Source: Oikopleura dioica (lineage: Eukaryota; Animalia; Chordata). Taken from it: a stretch of DNA of 64,000 nucleotides. The position numbers and the translations under genes are program-made. A model generated the notes under the pieces. That model did no database searches, was not told where the DNA came from, and saw only the letters and a program-made list of their open reading frames with translations. The stretch is taken from contig OU015567.1 of the NCBI GenBank assembly GCA_907165135.1, positions 8,184,001 through 8,248,000 on the forward strand, read 5' to 3'. Shown one piece after another: positions 39,832 through 52,293 of the stretch (the first letter of the stretch is position 1; each line of letters begins with the position of its first letter).

Positions 39832-41680
39832 TCAATCGTATAGTTCTCCAAGTAAAACGGGTCCAGAAGCACTGAGAAAAATTAAGAACTAACAAGGCGA
39901 AAACAAAGCATACCCAGTAGTAGTAACAGACAGAATTCGGTGCCAACGTCTGTATCCAAGAATAGCAAACCCTAGTGCTTCTCTGAAATCACTAGAAACA
40001 GCAGCAGAAACTTTCAAATGAGGCAGTCGTTTTTCAAGTGTGTTCATGATCGTCGTATTCCGAGCTCCACCACCAAAAACTTTCAAAAAGCGAGCACTCC
40101 GCCCAATTTTTTCAACTTCTTTTATGATCGTCTCCGTTGTTAGGGCCGTAACTTAATTGCTGGTTAAAGTTAGGCATTATCTTGTGATTTAAATATATTT
40201 CTCGAAGATGAATTCACCTAGAACTGTCAGGCTGGAAGGATTAAAGAACAATAGTGAAGCAATTAACTACTTATAGACTCTAGTGCTCTTTTACAATTTA
40301 AACTTACTTGTTGCTATTTTCTCCGATTTATTGGCCTTTACGTCGTCCAATAATTGCTTTATCATCATTTTGTTGAAATACTCTCTGCCAGTCGATTTAG
40401 GATGAGGAAGTCGAAAGTATGGATCTATTTATGAATGCAATTAATACTTAGACTTCAAAACTATTTATATACCCTCGAGAAGGCGACTTAGATGAGAATC
40501 ATTAATTGTCCCTTCTTTTGCAAGTCTTCCATCCTCGTCAAAGTCCAACCCAAAAAAGTTCCTTCGCAGCAATATCTATCAAACAGTTTCCAGGGCCGAT
40601 GTCATAACCGATTGACCCAGACTCGTCGGAGAAAGATAAATTTGCTGAAGAGAAAGATTAAGAGCATATTTTATCAAATACCAGCTCAAAAATAAGATAA
40701 TCCGAAAATAAGCATCGCTCAAAAAATTGCTCAGTCGTACCTAGTCCTCCGATATTTAGCATAATTGTCCCCGGTTCTGAATATTCGATCGAGCTTTCCA
40801 CGGCTGGCATAAGAGGTGCCCCGTGTCCTCCTTTCAAAAATTTACATTTCATAATTTTTTTGCAATGTCACAGCATGAAATTTGCCTGGTGAACTTTCCT
40901 GCTAGTCTTTCTTTGGATAAAAAAGGTACTAAAGTAAATTCTGTCAAAATATGATATTTTCTAAATATCATTAAAAATAATTGATGCGGCATAAGATTTT
41001 TTATCCAAAAAATATCAGCTTGACGAAACTCACAGGCAACAGGAATTCCTAGTTCTGAGGCTAGTCTTCTTCCCCTTCCAATTTGCCAGGTTCGAGCCGG
41101 TTTCTTTGAAGTTCTCGGGCGATGGTAAATCGTTTGCCTTCAAGTTGGAAGAAATTAATTTTTGGGAGCCCTTTGATGAAGAAAGACTATCTTACTGACA
41201 ATCAAAAATTTTAACTAATGGCTCTATGATCAGAGTCTGATCATCAGACTGGCGATGAGACTCACCCATGAATAGCCACTAATTGAATCTCATACTGTGG
41301 CAAATACTCCCCGGCGATTTCAATCAGTAGATTTTCATATGCTTCTTCAGTGTTTGAAATAAACTCGCAAGACTTTCTTTCTCCAGCAATTAAGCTTTTG
41401 ATATCATCTTGAAGCACCTGAGGAAATTGATGAACCTTGGTCGTTTTAATTTCAAAATTGCTTAATTGAGTTAACAAGATAAAACGTCACAAATGGTTTG
41501 GAAAATCTTAGTAAACGTAAGTCCTGTCTGCGTTTTTGAAATCAACAATGACAACGTCTTTTCGAAGTTTTTTTTGTAAGATAAAGAATTGATTTCTGTT
41601 AAAGGAAATATTTTCGACTAGTTTAAAAACTTGACGACTCCGTCGACACTCGTCCCGGTCATAATGCCCATGACGATCAT
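39832..41680 (-). CDS. anmK: Anhydro-N-acetylmuramic acid kinase (AnmK / levoglucosan kinase) family protein, about 8 introns; two junctions need 1-2 nt indels
   Basis: All family blocks in order: MGIMTGTSVDG, AIHGQTIYHRP..TWQIG, EFRQAD..GGHGAPL, MLNIGGLANL, YDIGPGNCLID, DPYFRLPHPKSTGREYF, ATITALT, FGGGARN, DFREALGFAILG, TTGASGPVLLG. Confidence 0.9.
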
Positions 41681-41798
41681 TTTTAATCCGAGATTTGAAA
41701 TTTCTCTTGAATAAAATTTAAAAAATCAAAGATTTATTTGAAGAATGATGCAGTGGATGGATAATACAGCTGTAGAACGATGTTTGATTTACAAATTT

Positions 41799-43896
41799 TC
41801 ACCACTTCCAATGGTCGTTATTTTGATGTGTGTATTTCTCGGTGAGTTCTTGGTTAAACGGCGCGTAGAACTTCCTCACGAGCTCCTTTGTCTTGTCATC
41901 TACTGTATGATTTTTTGAGCTAGAAGTAGGAGAACGTGTAATGATTTTTCTAAGCTCGACAGGGACACTTACCGGCCCTTATCGCCTGCCAAACAGAAGT
42001 CGCCCCGCTCGGACACCTCTCTCGGTGGACGCATGCAATAGAATCCCTTTTCTTCGTCAAAGTAAAAGTTCTCCTCGGTAATCAGTTCCTCCACGCCAGT
42101 GAATTTGGCCACTTTGCGCATCACTTTGCCTGGATTCTCGGTCAATTCCGACGCGTCTAAAAACAACATGTTCTCAAGTTTTAAATACCTGGCGTATTGC
42201 GCGATATGAAGAGGATACAGGCCTCCAGTAAGTAAAACATCGGGAATTCTTAGAGGATAAACTCGTTCTGAAAGAGGAGCATCCCAGCGAGAATAGTAAT
42301 CTTTCACGTGATGGCGGATTTCTTCTGAGCTTAATTCATCAGGCTTTGTTTTGGATTCGAATTAGAGGTTATCAAGGATATATCTATTTTATGTTATCTT
42401 GATATAACGATTCAAAAAAATATGTAACATTATTAAATTCGAATATTATTCAAGCTTAACTATAATTAAACAAATTAGAATCCCAAGCAATGAGCCCTTT
42501 AAAATCTTCCTCATTGCAATCTCGATGACTTCCGTAAAGTTCCCATGTCCCTGTAAGTAGTACCAGCCAGGCATTGACAGTTCTCCCTTCTCCTTCGTTT
42601 TCTAAATGAAACTTTTGATTGAGCGCTTAGTTGAAAATGTGAGAAAATCCCCCAATCTCGAGGGGGAAATTGGCGGCTGCACTCGAGACTGGAGTGAGTG
42701 ATTCTTCCAGCGAAGGCCTCTCTTTACCTGGACCACTCCAGCATGGAGAAAGTGGCTATACGCGCGATGCACGGGATCGCACATGATCGAGATGATTTTA
42801 ACGCTGTCGTTCATCTGCGCCATTCTTTCTGGAACAAAAGGCCGGTCGAAGTAGTCCGGGGTCTTTTCGTACGTAACTTCGTCGGAGTAAGAGTAGGGCA
42901 TCTGATTCAAATACCAATCGAATCCCATCTTCCAGTTTGTCGGCCGGTTGAAGAAATGCTTCTCGCCAGGCGTGTCTCTCAACTTTGGATGGTAGTTCAT
43001 AAAAATCTTGAGCGCGCTTGTGCCGCACTTCTTCGCCCCGACAATGATGACTTGAGGAAAGCGCTTCTTCGGGATCTCGGTTCCATGAGCGACTTGGCGT
43101 CGTCGATTGCCCCCGATTTTGTAGAATTCTGAGAGCTTCTTTTTCATTTCTTCGGGAATAGCAAGCCCGTTCATTTCCGGACTTGTCGTTACTGTCAGCG
43201 GCGAAGAATTGTTTGCAACAGGAGATGTGGTCGTCGTCTCTTGAGTTTCAGGAACGAATTCAAGCTTGTTTTGATGAGCGATAGAAAATTCTCCATTTTC
43301 GATTCTCCTTGTTAGCAATAATGGAACACTTGTTGTTTGTATCTTCTGCAAATTAGTGTTACTCACGTATCCATACTCGTAGTATCCAACAGATCTAAAC
43401 GGATTTATTATTTGCTCGCTCGAGCAAGAATTTTCTGTGAAGTAAGATGTTTACATGTGTTCAAGTTAAATCAAATCCGCGCAGCTGAGATCTGCCGGGA
43501 AGTCCTCCGGGGAGTAGCTTACATAATACTAAGTACCCACTTGTTGGCTTGAAACAACAAAAACAAATGATTCTCGATAGAAGCTAAAAACCGAACTTTA
43601 ATAAAAAAGGTTCTCTTGTGATAAAATTTTATCTTTTGAAATAATTACTCATAATTGTAGTCGTCTTTCAGGGTTCTTCTTTGAAGTCGGTGCAATCTCG
43701 ATTCTTTGAACACAAAACAGAGTACTCCTACTGATAGAGCAACCATTATTCTGATAATTTTGGAGACTCCTGAGATAACTCGAGATGATCGCCGTATCGC
43801 TCTCCTGAAAATTTATCTGTAAAAATTTTCAGATGGCAAGAATATTTACCTTTGCTCTTTATCATGATATCGAATCGCCACTAATTGGCTCTTCAT
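41799..43896 (-). CDS. HS3ST: Heparan sulfate glucosamine 3-O-sulfotransferase-like
   Basis: Type II TM (IIRIMVALSVGVLCFVF, ~43700-43760), 5'-PSB PQVIIVGAKKCGTSAL, EKTPDYF, 3'-PB DPVHRAYSH, GLYPLHI, FYFDEEKGFYC..CLAGDKGR, KFYAPFN. Confidence 0.9.
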
Positions 43897-44217
43897 CTCC
43901 ACTGAAGAGCTTTTTCTCTAGAAAATATATAAAAACTTCGTTGTTAAATTTCCGAAATTCCAGCTTGCGCAATAATTTGAAGCCTCTCAAGAATGCTCAG
44001 GCGGCGCGCGCTCCTGCTCATTAGCGCCTCTCGCAGTCGAATGTCGAACAAGCGTCGGACAAGTTCTTTATCACCTGTCTAATTATGGTCGAGATGGTCA
44101 TCGAAGACGTCGAAATGAAACAACGTGCATACTTTGCTCTTTAGAAAATGAGTTTTTATTAAAAGATTTTTATTGAGTAAATACAGGTATTTCGGAGACA
44201 GGAAAGATTTTGCAAAA

Positions 44218-45721
44218 TTAAAGTCCGTGAGCAGCGACGGTCTGGCGAACCCAACTATCAGTTGTGAAAGCCGAAGTATAAAGCCCGGGCCATCCTTCCC
44301 AGGCACAGCCTTGTCCTCTAGAAACGACACCCATGAGTGTTGCTTTTCCGTCGACTGGGCAGACGAGGGGTCCGCCAGAATCACCCTGGCAAGCGTCAGA
44401 GCCAGGATCGGTCTTTCCATCGCCATCAATGTCAGGTTTGGATGCGCAGATATCATCTGCTTGAAGAGAAGAGAAGTAAGAATTCGCAACGCAGTATTCT
44501 GCGCTGAGAATATTCACTCCAACTGATAGCAATGTCGCACTTGAGGAACCCCCTGAGCTGGTCGTACCCCAGCCTGCGACCCAACAGCCAGCACCATGTT
44601 CCTTATCAGCTTTTGGAAGACAAGCAGGTCGAACTTGATTGTCTGGATCAGAAGCGATGATATCATTATTGAACTTGATGAGGCAAACATCGTTGTTTTG
44701 TGAGTTTCCATCGGCGACACGGGAGCCGTACTCAGGATGATTAAACCAGGCGGTGGCTTGGAGCTCATACTCGTTGCTATCCCATGCAGATCGATGCAGA
44801 TCTCCGAATCGGGCGTAAATCGTCTGTATACCTTCGCAACAATGAGCAGCGCTCATTACCCATCTGTTGGCAATCACGCTACCGCCGCAAGAATACCACC
44901 AAGCATCATTTTCTTCGTCTTGCAGACTCAAGTGGGCGATCCAAGGCCAAGCGTTGTCGCCGGCTTCTACTCCCCGACGATTTTTCTTCGCTAGACAGAC
45001 TTGTAAGTTCGGGGAAATTCTGTGCCTCAGAGCAAGTTTGAAGACCAGGAGTGATTGAATTGCTCAGTGGGGCGAATTCAGTCGGTGGCACCGTTGGAGG
45101 CTCAGTTGGTGCCTCAGTGCCTTGTCCTCTGCAAGATCTCTTCCAGAAATTCCTATTCCACGATGGCTTTTTGAAATTTCCGCGAACACAGAGAACTGCT
45201 CCTTTAATCTCTCCATCCTCGCAGACGACGTTAAACATCGCCCGTCTGGGGTTGACGATATTCTTCAATACGAGGCCTCCATCCTCAATAGTGATTGTGT
45301 CTGCTTTGACTTCACACATATGTGGTGGCCTAGGAGCGCAGGAGAGGGAAGTTCCCGCTGGTAAGTTCCTAGAAATTGAATAAATGGATCTATAAACAAT
45401 GATTTTGTCTTACTTTTTAACAATCTTCGGTGATTTTTGGCATCTTGCGACGAATTTCGGAGCAATTCTACCTGGCTTAGTTTTCCAAGTCTTTATAAAT
45501 CCGTCATTGCACCTTGGGAAGCACCAGATATTTGCAACTTGCTGTCCAAGCTTTGGACAGTTCCAGTATCCATTGTCGATAGGAAACTCGTTCTTTGTGT
45601 CTTCTACTTTTGATTCACAGGTTTCTGCTCTCTGTGCTCTTACTGCAGGAACGAAGGCTTCATATCTCTTCTCGTAATGTGCGGCGACCTGAGTGGCGAG
45701 GAAAAATTGCGACAACTTCAT
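44218..45721 (-). CDS. Secreted trypsin-like serine protease with two Cys-rich N-terminal modules; 1-nt frameshift in the IVGG activation motif
   Basis: Signal peptide MKLSQFFLATQVAA; triad motifs SAAHC, NNDVCLI, GDSGGP; S1 Asp (SDACQG). IVGGVEAG needs G5 but the sequence has G4 at 44972-44975. Confidence 0.9.
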
Positions 45722-46087
45722 TTTTCTCTATACTATTGAAAATTGAATTTCTTATAGAGCGAATGAAAGTGATGGTCTGACACGAACGAAAGCTAGATTA
45801 TATGGACCCATTTCTTGTTTTCAGTACTACCAAGACGAGGAAACCAAAATTGTTTATATTGCGAACATCATGCTCCAGGCGCTTGAATTTGAGCACTTGG
45901 TAATTATTAGACACGATTGAATATAAATACACTACTTTGAATCATAGACTAAAAATTCGAAGTAATCAAAATAATTGTTGACAATTGCATTAGTTTGTTG
46001 TAGAAATTGAAGTCATTTTGAATGGAATGAATATTCAGACTTGAGTTCAGCCGGAGTAAACTGTTCGTAAAACTGCCATCTATTTAA

Positions 46088-46509
46088 CCCTATGCGTGAC
46101 GATCAGAACTACCCCTATGCGTGACGCGGATGCATTCAGTGCATCCGACCCATCTAGAACAATTTTTTGCTCATTTTTGCCAATTTTAGAAGAAAAACAG
46201 CATGAATTCGCTGTTGTCAGTGTCTCAGAGACCGAAATACCCCCTTCTTCGGCGGCGAAACGGGCTCGAAGTTACGTAACATGCATCAAAATTGCTGTTC
46301 TCGAGACGAAAAATAGTAAAATTAGGACATTTTTTACGTTTTTAGGTTATTATAAAATCTGTTTTCAAAATGTTACGAAGCAGATTGGATGTGCTCTTGG
46401 ACGTAGATTCTTATTCTTTTTAAATTTTTGAATTCGGGCGAAATTTGAGAGAGAAATGGAAAGAAAACCATGAGCGGATGCACTGAGTGCATCCGCGTCA
46501 CGCATAGGG
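46088..46509. mobile_element. piggyBac-type MITE (422 bp)
   Basis: TTAA on both flanks (46084-46087, 46510-46513), termini CCCT...AGGG, ~35-bp TIR CCCTATGCGTGACGCGGATGCATTCAGTGCATCCG; the first 14 bp of the left end are duplicated (46088 and ~46113). Confidence 0.88.
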
Positions 46510-47179
46510 TTAAGTATGAATAAGATCACTCAATTTATATTCTAAGCTGGAATAAACTTCAACTGTATTGTAGAGAAAAATGAATATTCAGAACCAAAGT
46601 TAGCTATAATAAACAAATTGCTTGCATACAGCGCATCCCAATAAAATATGGATAATATCATCTAATATATATAAGGAGCTGAGTTTTGAGAAAAGTTTAT
46701 CAAACGTTACCAAGAGAGAAAAATGAAAGTACTTCTTATTCAGTTTTATCTTTCGATTGCTGGTCCATTGAAAAATATGACGGCATGATAATTCCAATCA
46801 GTTTGCAGGCTGATTTTAACGTTGACAGATCTGCTGACTCGAAACATGGAACACATGGGCAAATTGTCCTTGACAGAGACAGGTTCTAATAAGTTCAATT
46901 GTTCAGATTTAAATTTATTGAAAGACAAAAACTACACTTCGATCGAATCAATCAGTACGGACTTCTCGATGGATTTTTCTGACTCCCTTTTCCCACTACT
47001 ACTAGAATAAACACTCATTTTCCATGAATTTAACTCGATGCAACGTCGTTATGGGGCGTATCAGGAACACATGTTAGAACGCATCATCTTGTAAGACTTT
47101 TTGATTATGAGAATTCCAGCAGCTGAGGAATCTGCATTTGTGCACGTTCAAACACGAGACTAGTAAACGGCCAAAAATT

Positions 47180-48351
47180 ATGAAATTCTTGCCTTTTCAT
47201 GTTGCAATTGCTCAGGCAGCTTACGTAAATGAATGGATACAGAATTCGCTGTAGAGACGCTTTTTTATATCAAGCTTGAAATCGTTCTAGTCATTACTTA
47301 TCCATGAAACGCAGCAAACTCATAATTACCCGGATTTCTTTGATCCCTCAATTCTACCAGAGGGATTTAGCGATGATGTGGCGCTGGCTAAGTGGCTTGA
47401 AGGGATGAAATTTCAACGTGAAATGATGGAATTAGAAAAAGCAAAACACGTACCAAAAGGTAAGCAAATCGACTGGCGATGTGAGGAGATTTCGTTTTCG
47501 ATGGATGGGAGAGATCGATGTCAGGTAAGTGGCATTATTAATTCGATTGAGAGGGAGACATAGTAATTCAAGTTTGATGCGGAAACAACCCTCTGCAATT
47601 GCGCGGAGCTGCGAGCAAACAAAAGACTCGTCCGGTACTCACTTCCTTCTCACTCAGATCTCGACGATGGAGATGGCATTCCCGTAGTCATGATTTACCA
47701 CGGCTGGACAGTTAGCTCGATCACTTCTTTTCGAACAGAAGATGACTACTATTGTCAGAATAATAAAGTAAGGGTCACACAGGCTCTTCTTAATGCGGGT
47801 TATGCTGTTTTTGCCCCGTCAGCATCAGCTCTTGGAGATAATCAAGACGGTGGCGAATGGGCTTACTGGCTCACTAATATTCCTGGCTACAACAATCTCG
47901 ACAACTGGACAAAAGTTCCGATCACGAAATGCTCATCGACCTCTGGTCCCAGCTTTCTCGCGGCCTCCACGGATATAAATTCAACCTGAACAAAATCCAC
48001 GCAGCTGGACTCAGCTCTGGAGGTTTCATGACCAGCAGAATGGGCTTTTCCTATCCTGGCATGTTCAGCTCCCTCTCCATCAATGCTGGCTCTTACTACA
48101 ACTGCGATGGCATTTGCGACAAGTACTTGGATGAATTCGAAAAGAGATTAATTGATCTGCATCCTCCCACTCAAATCTTACAGGGAAGCACAGATCCTGT
48201 CGTAATTCCAAGCGCAAACGTTGACTACGATCGCGAGCTCAACAGAAGAGATTGGATCCCAAATCGAAGGATTCTGCGGGATCGAGTTGGACATAGATGG
48301 CTTGACGAGTCTCCGGAGCTCATCCTCGATTGGATAAATACCCACAACTAA
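47180..48351 (+). CDS. phaZ: Secreted extracellular medium-chain-length polyhydroxyalkanoate depolymerase (PhaZ)-like alpha/beta hydrolase; 1-nt frameshift at 47911-47914
   Basis: Exons 47180-47224, 47291-47524, 47573-48351 (GT-AG introns). Product contains GIPVVMIYHG, QALLNAGYAVFAPSA, WLTNIPG, AAGLSSGGFMTSRMGFSYPGMF, NAGSYYNCDGIC, HPPTQILQGSTDPVV, VGHRWLDESPELILDWINTH, colinear with the bacterial GK13-type PhaZ as I recall it. Confidence 0.85.
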
Positions 48352-48691
48352 TACACCAGCTGATTTGAATAAATTACCTTCAAATATAATTCTAAATAAC
48401 CCTTGTTGGAACTTCTGTGAAGATTTTCTACTACGTCAAATTTAATATGCCCAATTTAACGAAGAGTCCTTCTGGAAGTGCAATTAAGCCGCTTAACGAA
48501 TGGGAAAAGGGACGAAATTCCCTAAAGAAACGATTCTTTGAGTTTCATCCCCTTTGAGGATATATGATGTAATAATTTATTGCATCAAAAGATAATTGTC
48601 AGATAAAAGATCTAATTGAACGAATAAATAAGTAAATGTTGCACTAATGTCGAACTTGAACTGACAGAAACTTGACCTCTGAAGCGATTTC

Positions 48692-49499
<808 letters not shown>

Positions 49500-49609
49500 T
49501 TAGAAACAATGGATCAGCTTTTGGTGTTTTTGTGTATAAAAATATATTCTGTAAGTATACAAAAGTAAGAGTAAATAATAATGAGCAATTAGCAGGATGA
49601 AAGTGTTTC

Positions 49610-50840
49610 TTAATCTCTGTTTTTGGCTTTTTCCTTTTCGCGCTGTTCGGCTTCTTGGCGGCGGATTTCGTTGGTGATTTGGGTGAGATCTTGAATGAAT
49701 GTTTGAATTCGCTCCAGCTGGACGACGGTGTTGTCCGTTGGGTTCACCGAGCCGCGAGAATGTTTACATACAAGCTGAACGAGAATACATTTAAATTAGG
49801 TCTTACAAGCATAATTCAATATGGGAAGAGAAGATAACTGACCTGGTAAAGGTTGTGAGTTGCGATTTTGATGCGACCAAGAAGAAGCGTTTTCTTTGCC
49901 GCAGTGTTCTGGATATGCGTCCACTTTGACTCCCATTTCACCGCGTTCGACTGTGCCTTGTCCAGTTTTGTCTGTAATTGAGCCAGCTGATTGTTATAAT
50001 GTAGAATTTGGTTGTTCTTCTCTTCTGTGAATCGTAGTAGACGCGTTCTTTCTTGCTCTGAGTTATCCTAAAATAGTATTTTAATTATAAACGAGCTTGA
50101 ATAGTTTTTCTACCTGATTTTTTGCTCGCGATCCAAGAGATCCAAATGAGTGGCAACAAGGGTGTTGTATCGATCAATGATCTCGCGTACTTCTGAGAAC
50201 TCCTCCGACGAGTCCAGTACTTTTTGCATAAATTTCGCGAACACCTCGTGCTTTTCTAGCTTTTTGTTGAGCAAGGCACGGCGAGAAATGAGCTCTTCTT
50301 GTTGCTTCTCAAGTTTGACGATTTCCTTGTCTAAATAAGCAAGTTTTAGAAAAGAATTAATTGAAGAACCACCTTTTATTCTGCACATTTCTCGCTCCTC
50401 TGCGGTCTTTTTAATCGCTCTTGCTCGTTTGGCATCATTTTCTTTCAAAAACTTGTCGAATTTTAAAAGGCTCTCTTTTAGCTGCTTTTCTTTTCGCTCT
50501 AGTTCTTCAGTCCTCTGCTGCAGGCTTTCCTGCAATTCCAAAATTGATAACGGATCGTCATTTATAAAATAATTACCATGCGCATCTGGAATTCTTCTTT
50601 CTGCGCGACGAGTGCATGTTCTACTTCTGCCATTTCTCGTCGCTCCTCAAGAAGACGAGTGGCTGAGGTAATATCGGCGTCATCGTTGTGCGGGGCTCTG
50701 ACTATCAGTTTTTCCTAGAATTAACCGGTTGAAATCAAGGAAGAGAACGGAAGTTTCAGGCTTTGGTGAGGAAAATAGACATTACTTACATCGAAATTCT
50801 TGAAGTAATCCTTTAAATTCACCGTCCCCGATCCGCTCAT
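49610..50840 (-). CDS. CCDC42: Coiled-coil domain-containing protein 42 / CFAP73 family
   Basis: ATRLLEERREMAEV..QKEEFQMR, QLKESLLKFDKFLKENDAKRARAIKK, AHIQNTAAKKTLLLGRIKIATHNLYQ. Confidence 0.9.
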
Positions 50841-50992
50841 TTTCTTCTAAAGTGGAAAAAAATGAAACGCGCACTCGTCGTGAAGAAGGTGTCTTGCAAA
50901 CTGGGAATGTGCAAAAGTTTGGAGCAGAGCAAGGTGTAAACAGGATGCGATTCTAGAGAAAAGGGTTCACTTAGGTGTTTTTTGGTGGTATT

Positions 50993-52293
50993 TCAGTTGA
51001 GCGCGTTGATGAAATCGGTGAACTCGCTGATGTGGCCGTCGATTTTCGCGTTGAAGATCTTGTCGAATTCGTCGTCCTCGCTTTTGAAGGAATTTAAATT
51101 TGCCGATTCTTGGGACTTCTAAGTTTTACCTTTGGTACTTTTGAGTGATTTGATTTAGTCGCGATTCAGCGCGCGGGGAGAACGCCTGAAAACACTCTTA
51201 TCTGAATGAAATAATGCTTTCGAACTCACTGGAAGGTCATGATTCTCTTCGTTGTCATCAATATCAAAAACAGGGATTGGAACGACATATACTGAGTTGT
51301 TTGAAGTTGTACTGCGCGGTGTTCCCGCTTCAGATGTTGCAGGTGTGACAGATGATTCTCGGGGTAATGGTAAGTTCAGCTAATATTTATGACATGAATG
51401 CATAAAATAAACTCAATATCAAAGTAAATAAATACATAAAAATAATCAATTGTTAATAAGGGGACCAATTGTTCCAGTGGTACAATAAAATTGAAACTAT
51501 TCCAAAAGAATATTTTAAGATGGTTCATCTTTTCGATCAAAAGTAATCACCTTGTGATTAAACTTAAAACTTGTTTTTTATACGTGCTATCCCTTGAAGA
51601 TCATCACCTTAGGTACAGCAGGCGTAATAGTTGAAATTGGAATATCTTCCCTCGGTGGCGTATTCTCCTTTTCAATATCTTTCAGCGCTTTCTTTAGGTT
51701 TTCGTATTTTGCTCGTAGTTTTTTCATATTTTCGTTAACAGTATCACGCTCGATGGACATCTCTTTATTCTTGATGGAATCTGCTTCGAGGATGATGTTT
51801 TTCGTTCGCTCGTCGTTGAACTTTTCTTCGCTCTTTTTCAACTGCTCCTTGAGCCGGAGTTTATCGTCCTTAAGTACTGCTATCTCTTCGAGCAACCGGT
51901 CGTTTTTCCCTTGAAGATCGGTGATCTCTTTATTCTTCGCGTGCACTATTCGTCTGTATTTATCCGGGCGCGAGTTGTGGTGCTTTTCGAGCTTTAAATA
52001 CGCATCTTTCAATGCTCCCATGTCAACTCGAAGCTGCTTGATGCGATTTTCATACTCAAGTTGTTGATTTTGAATTTTCAGCTTTGCAGCTTTTTCCTAA
52101 AAATTCAAGATAAATTGAAGGAAGAACAAGCGCTTACATTCTGAACAGCTTTATTGTACTGCGCTTCCCATTCGCTTCGTTTTGCTTCTACCATCATATC
52201 GACCTGGTGAAGCACCTCGGCGATCTCTGGTCCACATGATTCGATAAGCTCCGACGCGCCGAGCTGATTCCAAAGTCCATCAGACGTCGTCAT
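50993..52293 (-). CDS. CEP63: CEP63/DEUP1 family centriole-duplication protein
   Basis: N-terminal ESCGPEIAEVLHQVDMMVEAKRSEWE matches the CEP63/DEUP1 motif SCEAELQELMxQIDIMVxxKKxEWE; long coiled coil; C-terminal KIDGHISEF resembles RLDAHIEEL. Confidence 0.75.

Noticed and set aside
40830-41007. In-frame TGA from a GG-AG splice in AnmK read as selenocysteine
   Set aside because: It would shorten the conserved DxxxGG spacing, no SECIS was recognised, and a homopolymer error is simpler.
39832-48351. Bacterial contamination as the source of anmK and phaZ
   Set aside because: Both have spliceosomal introns of the same short type as their neighbours and are interleaved with animal genes (HS3ST, trypsin, AK3).
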